From positions 3,223,407-3,287,406 of the forward strand of contig NW_003314267.1 in assembly GCF_000143415.4 (NCBI RefSeq): a stretch of DNA of 64,000 nucleotides, given 5' to 3'. Below the pieces are notes generated by a model, which was not told where the DNA came from, made no database searches, and saw nothing but the letters and a program-made list of their open reading frames with translations. Below, one piece after another: positions 49,465 through 61,000 of the stretch (the first letter of the stretch is position 1; every line of letters begins with the position of its first letter). The DNA is from Selaginella moellendorffii (taxonomy: Eukaryota > Plantae > Lycopodiophyta). The translations under genes and the position numbers were made by a program.

Positions 49465-52400
49465 TGTCGCGAATGTGACTTCGGGTATCGAAAGATACTT
49501 GTCGACCGGTCCTTATGGACACTCTTTCCTTACTGCCATGAAGGCAGGAGATTGGTACAGTTGGATCCCTTTAGTAGCCCCTCTTGTGCTAGTGGAGTTA
49601 ACTGGGCATTTCGAGTGTACTTAGACCGGACGAGCATAAGGACGGAATTCCTACGTGTTATTAGCTAAGCATACTTAGCCCGGTAAGGAGTTCCCGTCTC
49701 ATTTTGTCTTGCACTTGCTAGTGACAAGAACCCTCGCGTATTGAGACTAGTCCCTCAATATCATTGGATGATAGCTTACCATGTCTGCCAAACACCCTCG
49801 CTATCACGCCCTTTGTGTTGGTCTCATTTCGGTCCCAAATGCTATTTATGGAAAGTGTCTAGATCAGCTCATTTGGCATATCTACGGAATGTAGAGATCA
49901 GCTTGAACACAATGGTGTTCATCCCGTGTCCAAATTTGCAATCTAAGGACATTCCATACTTAGTAAGTTTCAAACTTGTCCCAGAGACTAACTCCTGGTA
50001 CTAAAGGAGGCTTTGGGGGGGGGGGTAAAGCGTGTGGGGGGTTCCTCAAAGGGGTAGTAGGGATAGTGGTTGGAATGCATGTCCGACCACCTGAGACATT
50101 AGTTTGGCTTCTACTGGGCTGTGTCGCTCCTTGTTCTGCGTCCGGCTTGGGTCTAAGCCCAAGCTCCATGCTGCTCTAGTCGGTGGAGTACCCTCCTTCT
50201 CGCGTTAGGCCACCGGTATGCCAAAATTGTGCCAGACTCCGACTGACACCATTTTGCGTGCAGGTGCTGGATACGGGGAGCTGGTGCTCGTAGGATTGTA
50301 CCGGACCCTCATTTCGTAGCGCAACGGGCTTGGAGTTTGGCTCCAAATTCAGGTGCGCTATATTTGGTATCAGAGAAATTGTCTTAGCGATTACTATCCA
50401 ACTTTTGTCGGATTTTCTGACTCACGTTGCATACGCAAAGACTTTTCTAGTAGATTCGAAGCGACCTGTGTAGGATTAGTTAGATTGCACCATTTGGTAA
50501 GAATGTTGTATGCATGTTCAGTTACTGATAGAGGCATGCATGCAGCTAGCGGGATGGTGAAACGGAACCGTGCTGATGACGTTGAAACCTCTAGATGGGC
50601 GAATCGAGAGGAGGAAACTCCTGCTAGAGATGCTACGGAAGAGGCAAGGTTGAGTCAGAAGAGGAAGAGCCGGATGCTGCGGTGCTGCAACAAACGGCTC
50701 AGGAAGTCGAGATCGAGAATTTGCAAAAGGAGATTCGCAAATTGAAGAAGGAGAACAAGAAGAGGAAGAAAGAGGCTGAGGCAGCTAAACCAGCTAAGCC
50801 TAAGCAACCGGACTCCTCTTCGAGTTTTGAGGACGATGAAGTTCTGCAGCCGCCCCCGGTTGCACGAGTTTCAAAGTTCAAGCCCCCGAAACCACCCAAC
50901 TTCAGAGGCATGCGGGACTATCAGGTTTTGGAAGACTGGGTCTACGATATGGAAAACTATTTCATAGCGGCAGACATAGATGATCGTACGAAAGTTGCGT
51001 GTGCGCAATCCTTTCTCACCGATCATGCCAAAACTTGGTGGCGCCAGGTGTGTGCTGAAAAAGGGCAGACTAGAAGTTGGACCAAGATGCGGTCTCGTAT
51101 CCGTAAGGAATACTTGCCGGATGATCTTGGTCTGAGACTTCGCGTGGAGCTGCGGCGGTTAAAGCAGCGAGGGGATCTCATGCATTACGTTAATGCGTTT
51201 GCTCAGAAGCGCATTATGATTGCAAATATGAGTGACGAAGATGCTCGGAGTTATTTCCTGGAGGGTTTGAGTTCACTTTCTCATAATGAGATTCTAAAGT
51301 TTAAGCCAAAGACGTACCTAGAGTGTAAGGAGGCGGCGCAGCAAGTTGCCTTTAGTCACTCGCTCATGGAACAATATCAGCAACCGTATGCTGGTAACTC
51401 GGATAAGAATAAAAATTCTGGGAATAAACAAGGTGATCGGAAATAGAGGGTGGAAAGTAGGTTCCGCCCTGGAGGCTCACAAGCAACAGTTAACAAAGGT
51501 GGTGGTGGTTGGAGACCACCAGCAGCTTCTTCTGGTCCTAGGCCTTCTGTTCCTTCTCCTGGTGGGTACAAGCAGCAGCAACTTGCAAAACCTGCTCCTA
51601 GCGGAATGGGTAGTGTGGGTCATTGCTTCCATTATGGAGAGTCAGGACATAGGTCCTCGGAATGTCCCAACAAGCATAAGACAAGGTCTCGGGTTAATGT
51701 CATGAGAGAAGACGGTGGTGGTGAAGCTGAAGGGGTTAACGAGTTGGTCAATACAAACTATGAGGAAGAAGAGGTGAGTAACTTTCGTTGCTTTCCTCAA
51801 GCTTTTTTTGCAGTCAATGCAAACATTGATCCGTTGATGTATTGGTAGGCTTTGTCCATGGACACCGAATCCGAGTGATGATTGACATGAGACCTACGCA
51901 CAGCGTGATATCCGAAGACTTAGTTAAGTTGTTAGGATTGAATGCTGAGCAAATCTTGCCTATGCACTTCCGGTTTGCGGAAGGTGGGCAAGTAGCCAGA
52001 AAGTTTGTGAGTGATGTTCCAATAAAGATATCCAAGTGGAAAGAAAGAGTGGACTTGGTAGTGTTGAAGATACCAAATTTTCAGATGGTGTTTGGTATGG
52101 ATTTCTTCAACAAGTATATAAAAGGGATTTATGGTGCTGGATAAAGTCGTATCACGTTGAAGTCAGAAGGACGTTCTGATGTATCCTTTCAGCTGCAAAA
52201 GCGTTCTTCAAAGGATTGGGATGCGAAGTTCCTGACTGCAAGGGCCACTCAAAAAGCAGTTAAGAGGGGATGTCGGACCTTTTGGGTTCAAGTGATGGAA
52301 GCTGAGGGTGTGGGTGACTTAGTTCGAATTGGTGATGGGGTTGATCCTGTACCAAAGAAGATATTAGAGTTGTTGGCGATGAATCAGGATATCTTTCCGA

Positions 52401-55400
52401 AGGATTTGCCACTAGGGCTACCTCCTAGCCGTGAGGTTGATCATCGGATTGAGGTTATTCCGGGTTCTAAACCACCTACGAAAGCTCCATATCGGTTGAA
52501 CATCAAGGAGATGGCTGAACTCAAGAAGCAACTCACGGAGCTTCTTGACAAAGGTCATATTCGACCAAGCAAGTCACCTTATGGAGCGCCGGTCCTTTTC
52601 GTTATGAAAAAGGATGGAACCATGAGGATGTGTATTGACTATCGGGCACTCAACAAGATCATGGTTAAAAACAGTTATCCTTTGCCTCGCATTGATGACT
52701 TGTTTGACCAACTCTTAAAGACTAAGTATTTTACGCGACTTGATTTGCGGTCTGGGTATCATCAGATACGGGTGGCGGATCAGGATGTGGAGAAGACAGC
52801 CTTTAAGACTCGGTATGGATCTTATGAGTTCCTTGTCATGCCGTTCGGGTTATGCAATGCTCCGGCAACGTTCAGCACTATGATGGATAGAATATTCAGA
52901 GATTATCTGGACACATTTGTTGTCCTATATATCGACGATGTTCTAGTCTTCAGCGAAACGTTGGAGGATCATTTGAAACACTTGGAGCTGGTGTTTCAAA
53001 AGTTGCACGAACACAAACTGCATGCTAAGGAAAGTAAATGCGCTTTTGGTCAATTGCGCGTAAACTTTCTCGGACATATAGTTGGTGGTGGCATGATTGA
53101 GGTCAATCCAAAGAAGGTGGAAGCGGTGAAGTCCTGGGAAGTCCCGACCACTGTATCAGATGTTCGATCCTTTCTCGGTTTAGCGGGATACTATCGCAAG
53201 TTTGTCCGCAATTTTGCAAGAATTGCTCTTCCGTTGACTGAGTTGACGAAGAGTAGTATTCTATTTCATTGGACACCAGCTTGTCAACGTGCTTTTGTAT
53301 AGTTGAAGGAGATCTTGACTACGGTTCCTGTTCTCAGGATCCCAGATCTTGATAAACCCTTCGAAGTGCATTGTGATGCGTCTGGCTATGCTATCGGTGC
53401 TGTGTTGCAGCAAGATTGTGATAAAGCAGTTGGTGTTACACTAAGGCGACATGGTTTTCCCGTTGCATTTTACTCCAAGAAATTGGATGAAACTCAACAA
53501 AGATGGCCAATGCATGAGAAAGAGATGTTTGCTATAGTTTCGGCCCTGGAACACTGGAGACACTACTTGGGTGGACATACCAAGTTTATACGGATAGTAA
53601 CACACTAAGCTACTTTGCTACGCAGCCTAAGCTTACGCCGAAGTAGGCTCGTTGGCAAGAGAAGCTTGCTAGATATAATATTGAAATCATATATAAACCT
53701 GGTAAAGACAATATTGTTCCAGATGCGTTGAGCCGTCAAGCTCAATTCCGGGCAATATCGGCAATTAGTTCAGACTGGTTGGAGGACGTTCGGGCTTCGT
53801 ATGGAAGTGATCCATTGGCGAAGGCAATCTTATGCCGTGCGGGGTTGTTGAAGCAGAGCCCTGGTAGCGACGCAGTGAAAGTTGCTAGTCGCACTAATGC
53901 GAAGCATCACTTCTCAGTTCGGGATGGGCTTGCAAGAAAGATTGTATCTTCCTTCTAAGGATCTTCAGCAATTATTTCTGCGGGAACATCATGATGTTCC
54001 GGCAGCGGGACATGGTGGGAAGCGAAAGACTCTGGCTTCATTGAAAAAGGGATTTTTCTGGTCTAGTATGGAAGGTGATGTAGCAGATTATGTCTGTTCC
54101 TGCCCTATATGCCAGCAATGTAAGCGCAGAACTGAGAAACAGGCTGGAAAGATGCAGTGCATTCCAGCACCGACATGGCCATTTTAGAGTGTGACACTTG
54201 ATTTCGTCACTTGCTTGCCGAAGTCTAAGGGTCATGATACTTTGATGGTGGTTGTGGATCGGTTGTCGAAGATTGCACACTTCATTCCAACTATGGGAAC
54301 AGTGAATGCGAAACAAGCAGCAAAGCTCTTTTTCCATGAAGTAGTGCGAGTTCGTGGTCTTCCTGAAGAGATGATCTCGGATAGAGATTTGAGGTTTACG
54401 GGAAAGTTTTGGGGAACATTGTTCCAGCTATTCGGTACCAAGTTGAAGTTTAGTACGGCTTATCATCCTCAAACTGATGGGCAGACCGAACGCGTGAATG
54501 CTCAAGTTGAGGATTATCTGCAGTACTCTGTCGCGGCGGACCAACGCGACTGGGTTGAGCATTTGGATACAGCAGAAATTTGTTATAACAATACATTTCA
54601 CAGCACTATAGGCTGTTCTCCATGGGAGATGCTGCAAGGGAATGCTCGTGGGGTTCCTCAACAAATCGTTATACCGAAACTAATGACCGAAGTGTTGGTC
54701 CCAGCCATTGAGACTTATGCAGAGCAGCTACGCCAAGGTTGGTCTAGAGCTACTGAGGCGATGGGCAAGGCTCAGGATAGGTATTGACGTGATAAGGATC
54801 AGCTCATCGGAATGTATCCTATCAAGTGGGAGATCAAGTGTGGCTATCTTCCCGGAACTTGAACATTAAGGGATCTTTGTCTCGGAAGCTGTTACCGAGA
54901 TATGTTGGACCTTATCGGGTGTTGAAACGCATTGGTGATGGATCCTATCGATTGGATCTTCCTGCGGAGATGTCCCATGTTCATAATGTATTTCATGCCA
55001 ATCTCTTGGCTCCTTACATTATGGATGTTGCGCAACATGGGAAGATTCGCCCGCCACCAGATGTTGTGGACGGTGAACCAGAATATGAAGTTGAAGCTAT
55101 CTTGGATGCTCGGTCTCGAAGACAGGCTCATACGAAGAAATATCTAGTTAAGTGGAAAGGTTACCCGACTTGTGAATCAACTTGGGAACCTCTTAGCAAT
55201 CTTACACATGCACGTGAGCTTGTCACGGAGTATGAGAATAGTAATAACAATAAAGCTTAGCTTTTATAAATTTTGTAATAAATCTTGCAAATTAATAAAG
55301 TAATATATTTCTATAAATCAAAATTGTCGTTTCTCTTGTTCGTTCGTACTTGGGTCAGTTTTGGCAGGCTGACTTCGGCACTTCGGTGCATGGGTCCAAT

Positions 55401-56796
55401 CCATAACCATGGGGATAACTATTATAGACTGATCACAAGTCCCCGCCTCTCTCTCGATGACTCACTTTTGAAAAAGGGGCATGGTCGTGAAAACAACTTA
55501 ATTTGCTAGTTTATAATAGTTGTCTAAATCTTCCCGACGGGGTTGATTTCTTGCTCAGGGGAAGTTGGGCCTCTGGCCTTCTCCCTATATCCCTGTGGGC
55601 AGGGATGTATCATTCCTTTGTAAGCCGAGTGGTACTCGGAGCAGCAAGGGTGGCTAACTCCGTTAGTCATTTCCTTGTCGGTGATGGCTGGAGGGTGTCT
55701 GAGTCTTAACATCTTTAGACGTAGAGGAGAGGTCGTTCCATCACTCATTTAAGTTGGTGTGTTTCCCACATAGTGTGCTTTCCGTTAACTTTCGGAGTTG
55801 TTTCCTTGACGGTTTGCTAGACTCGGGTATGCATCGACGAGGACGTCGATCTTCCCCAAGGGGGGGAGAGTGTCGCGAATGTGACTTCAAGTATCGAAAG
55901 ATACTTGTCGACCGGTCCTTACGGACACTCTTTCCTTACTGCCATGACGGTAGGAGATTGGTATAGTTGGATCCCTTTAGTAGCCCCTCTTGTGCTAGTG
56001 GAGTTAACTGGGCATTTCGAGTGTACTTAGACCGGACGAGCATAAGGATGGAATTTCTACGTGCTATTAGCTAAGCATACTTAGCCCGGTAAGGAGTTCC
56101 CGTCTCGTTTTGTCTTGCACTTGCTAGTGACAAGAACCCTCGCGTATTGAGACTAGTCCCTCAATATCATTGGATGATAGCTTACCGTGTCTGCCAAACA
56201 CCCTCGCTATCACGCCCTTTGTGTTGGTCTCATTTCGGTCCCAAATGCTATTTATGGAAAGTGTCTAGATCAGCTCATTTGGCATATCTACGGAATGTAG
56301 AGATCGGCTTGAACACAATGGTGTTCGTCCCGTGTCCAAATTCGCAATCTAAGGACATTCCATACTTAGTAAGTTTCAAGTTTGTCCCAGAGACTAACTC
56401 CTGGTACTAAAGGAGGCTTTGGGTGAAAGCCCAAAGCATGTGTTCCTCAAGGGGGGGGGGGGGGGGGGGGGGGAGCTATGGGGGGTTCCAAATGTATAGT
56501 AGGGATAGTGGTTGGAATGCATGTTCGAGACATTAGTTTGGCTTCCGCTGGGTTGTATCGCTCCTTGTTCTGCGTCCGGCTTGGGTCTAAGCCCAAGCTC
56601 CACGCTGCTCTAGTCGGTGGAGTACCCTCCTTTTCGCGTTAGGCCACCGGTATGCCAAAATCGTGCCAGACTCCATCTGACACCATTTTGCGTGCAGGTG
56701 CTGGATATGGGGAGCTGGTGCTCGTAGGATTGTACCAGACCCTCATTTCGTAGTGCAATGGGCTTGGAGTTTGGCTCCAAATTCAGGTGCGCTACA
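49465..56796 (+). mobile_element. Full-length Ty3/gypsy chromovirus (element C), nested in A4 (LTRs 49465-50362 and 55871-56796)
   Basis: TSD ACTAG at 49460-49464 and 56797-56801; PBS TGGTATCAGAG at 50365-50375; PPT AAGGGGGGGAGAG at 55858-55870. Confidence 0.96.
50554..55260 (+). pseudogene. Element C gag-pol: gag, CCHC knuckle, protease, RT, RNase H, integrase, chromodomain (multiple stops and frameshifts)
   Basis: AKTWW; CFHYGESGHRSSEC; VMIDMRPTHS; [29 protein letters not shown]; CDASGYAIGAVL; HDVPAAGHGG..CPICQQCK; HPQTDGQTER; YEVEAILD..YLVKWKGY..STWEP. Confidence 0.95.
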
Positions 56797-58018
56797 ACTA
56801 GCCTTGCCAAAATTCCTTTTTAGCTTTGTTCAATTTAGACAGATGGACTTCTCCTTTCTCTCTTTATCCCCATAAAAAGTTATTGGGAAGTTAATTTTTA
56901 AAAATCTAATCAATTATGTTGCACCTTTTGCTTAGTTGCCTCATAGTTATCAAGTTCTACAACTCATTGTTAGTACTTCCACACCTCCATCATTATTTGG
57001 GTCACCACACTTTCATTGCATACTTTCAAGTTTAGGCTATACCATTCCCATTTCCATTGTAATTCCTTTGATAAGTGGTTTTTATGAACCCACTAACTTG
57101 ACCTCAATGTATCACATTTTGACATATTTAGTGTCTATACACCATCGGCTTTACGAATTTACCTTTATAACACTTCCCACTTTTATCTTAGTCTTTGCCA
57201 AGATAATAGTAGTCGTTTCTTATATCAACTATTTATTAGTATTGTAACACAGTGTTCACACACAACTTCTTGCAAAAGTTGTTTTATTTTGTGAACACCT
57301 TTCTAGGACTTTAGTATGGCACATTCTGCTATTAATGAGATGCCCATGGTTTTTATACTTGGATCTCATGATCTTCTCCATCCATCATAAGATACAATAC
57401 ACCTTAATCCAAATGCTTCCACTAATCTTTTAGGATTATTTTTTAATTTCACTTGAATCATCTAGCTTTTTGGACTTTACTAATCTGATAACTTGTAAAA
57501 TCCTAACCTCATGGCTATTTTTGATATTCTAATTTATTGGAATACAACCTCTTGTATTCATGCCCTCCTCATAATGACCACCTTAGGAAGTATTATTCTG
57601 ACATTTGATTATTCTTTGTTCCATGTGGGTTACCTTTGCCTCTTAGTATTATTTATCCATCTGATGAGAAACCAACCCATACTCTAAGTATACCCCCAAC
57701 TCCTTGGGTTGTTCTAGCATTTATTTAAAGTAGTCTCAGGTATCATTTCAAGGACTTGTGTCCTCATCCATATTTAACCTCCTAGAATATCTAACTCTAG
57801 TCTCAAATTCTTGAGTAACATCCTCAATTATATGAGGGTAACTTTATAACTCTTTTATCGTTTAAGAGTTTTCATCATTCCTGTTATCCCGATTGTAGTT
57901 GTTTACCATAACCACATTAAAAGGTTTGCTAAGTCAAACGCTTATATAGATCACATTCTTAACTCTCTAAAGAAAACCTTCTATTATTCCCAAGATCCCA
58001 AAGTCATTCCCTTATTGC

Positions 58019-61000
58019 TGTAAGCAACTAAATTTTCCATTCTATTTTAGTCACTTAACCACACCTCCAACCGCCTGGAGTCTCACTCACAACCTCCATA
58101 AGTCCTATTTCAAACTTGGGCTTGCTAGCCCCGAGAATGGCATCCCCGCCACTTAACCTTTGCACTTGATCCAAGTGCTCCACGTGTTCGATCTCATGAC
58201 CGACACCCCAAGGTACCACCGACATATCAGCCCGTTACGCTAAAGCCATGCCCCATTTCCTTGGTCATACCGGTGGTCTAACACCACCTGCATCACAGTC
58301 CCATCTCTTAAGGACTGGGCCATCTGTCCATGAGTGATCATTCTAGATCCACTCCTTAGCATCCTTAAGATGCCCACAGACATGGGGAATAGCCTTCCCC
58401 AATACCCCTTTTCCGGTCTTCACCAAGTCCCATTCTGCCCATGGCCATGTTCGCCAACACTGCCACTGGATCGAGGCCCACAGGCCCGACCACTAAGTCC
58501 CATGGTCCTCTGGGACTTCCTCACCACTCGACTGTATCCTTGGTCACTACACCGGAGGACTACTCCTCTTCCTTTACACAGTCTGGGCCTTTGGGACAAC
58601 ATTTCGGAACACCGTGGCCCTACGCGGGCCTCATAGGTACTCTCCCCACCTTCCGCCTTTGGGTGCTCTAGCCATGGGCTTAGAGCGAGGTTCTGTTGAG
58701 CCATGCCTGGTATCCAAGTAGGTAGTGCCACCCACACTTGGACTGGGAGCATTGGCCAGTCGATCTCTCGGGGGAACTAGAGCCGGCTCTTGAACACTTC
58801 ACTAAGCTACCCCGCTTGTCGGTCCGTATTCACTCTAGTCTTGGACTTCCCAGTGGTCAGTTCATCACCCAACATTGGGTATGGCCTTCCTGGGCCAAAC
58901 TAGCCTTTCCTGACCAAACTGGCTCCACTGGGCTCCAACCCCCACACTCTCCCTACTATACTTTTGGAACCCCCCGCAGCCCCCCGCCCCCCTGGGGGAC
59001 GATCGCTTTGGGCTTTCACCCAACTACCTGTATTAGTATTCGGACTCGGATTCGGACTCGGACTCGAACTCAGACTCGGTCTCGGTCCCGGTTTCGGACT
59101 CGGACTCGAACTCGATCTCGGTCTCGGTCCCGGTCTCGGTCTCGGTCTCGGTCTCAGTTCCATCTCAGACTCCATCTTGGGTTCCATCTCGGACTCCATC
59201 TCGGGTCCATCTCAGACTCCATCTTGGGTCCATCTCGGACTCCTTCTCGGGTCCATCTCAGAATCCTTCTCGGGTCCATCTCGGACTCCATCTCGGGTCC
59301 ATCTCGGACTCCATCTCGGACTCCATCTCGGGCTCCACTTCGAACTCCATTTCAGATCCATCTTGAACTCCATCTCGGGTCCATCTCAGACTCCACTTCG
59401 GGTCCATCTCGGACTCCACCTCGGACTCCAACTCGGGTCCATCTTGGACTCCATCTCGGACACTTCCACGTGTCATGTGTTGGTCCTTTTGGGTCCCTTT
59501 TTGGAGCCTCGCTTATTGCTCGCTTCATGCTCGTTCCTTGAGCACTTCGTTGGGAGTTCCACTCCCGCTCTCAACCTCTCAAGTCGGAGCTTTTTAGTCC
59601 AAACGTGTTATGCTCGTTTGGCTTTTGCTTCGGCCACTACCACGTGGCACCCTTTCGGCTCCACTTTGGGGCTTAGGGATTTGTGTCTCACAACTCCACC
59701 ACCCATAGACGAAGTTCGATGTCCTCATCGAACGGTAAACTCTTTTATAAAGTAACACCCACATGTATTACCATTTCCATCCTTGGCCCCCGGCCAATAT
59801 TTATCTATGGTTTGACACCGAAGGCTCACTATGCCTTATCCATCCTCTAAGGAGCATAGTCTCTCTAAGTTAGAGACTCATTCGGCCACCTAGGGTGGTT
59901 TGCTCCCTTTTATTGGTTTAGTTCTCGCTAAACCCACTAGAGACATCGTCTCTAACTCAATTCCACTACTCATTCTCGAGTAGTCTCAAATTCTATCGAC
60001 ATAACCTTTGCACTTTGGAATGTTTACTTTTGACTTCTTGAAGTCAATTTCTTAGGTGTCTCCGACACCTTGCATTGCACATATTGTGCAAGTCCACTTC
60101 CCTATCCTAGGAAGTTCTCTACTTGAGGGCACCATCACCCTCTTTTCTATTTTGTGCCACCCTTGGCACGACATTCCAATTATCATCATTTGTGCCAGGG
60201 CTGTCCATAGCCCTATCCTTTGGCTACTTTGCCGCTCCTCACTTGGAGCTTTTACTTTGCCAAATTGGAGCACTTGAGAATCTAACCTTGGAAGTCCACT
60301 TCCTTTCCCGCAATCCGTTAGCATCAAACACATTAGTGTTCCTTGACTAACCTTGCCATTTGAATTCCTTCTATTAAATTCCATGGCCCAAACTTGGCCA
60401 CTAGTCTTTTGCTCCTATCCATTGATTGTTGCATCAAGCAACAAAAGATCACTACCTCCCTCCTTGAAGTATTTTTTTGGTTCTATGGCAAAGCTCCACT
60501 TCGCCAAGTCCAGAGGGTGCTCACCCCTAGTAGGTCTCTTTAGCAACTTCTACTATGGGCCCCTTCCACGGCCCAACATTGTGACCTTCCCATAAGTTCT
60601 TTCTAGAGACTACTTTCTTAAACTCACAATACCATTGTATTGTTGTAGTTCATTTCCCTTAGGTGTCCTTCCCACTTGGTCACCTTGACCAAGCCACACC
60701 ATTATCAATAGTTCAAATCAACGTTTTGAACTAGGAACTTTGTTCTTTAACCTCAAAAGGACCTCATCCTTGTTTAGCTATACGATCACCTAGTGATCTA
60801 ATCTTGACACCTTAACAGGTTTGCCAATAGGTACTAGGTCTCCCAGACCTTTAACTTGTTGACCATGACCCCGGGGGCATCCCCCACCTTTCGGCCAAGG
60901 GTCCATAGCAACTGAGACTGGGTGTCCCCATCTCATTCACCACGTCCTTGGTGCCACTTGCACCAAAGTGTTCAAGTTAGATATGCCGAGCCACACTAAA

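Larger units (their letters stand above)
38899..58018 (-). mobile_element. Family A copy A4, old and AT-drifted host element (3' LTR 38899-40413 plus 46992-47043; internal 47044-49464 and 56802-58018)
   Basis: Colinear with A1/A2 but with many C>T and G>A changes. Resumes exactly after the TSDs ATTAC and ACTAG, and breaks off ~180 bp before its PBS at the A5 insertion. Confidence 0.88.
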
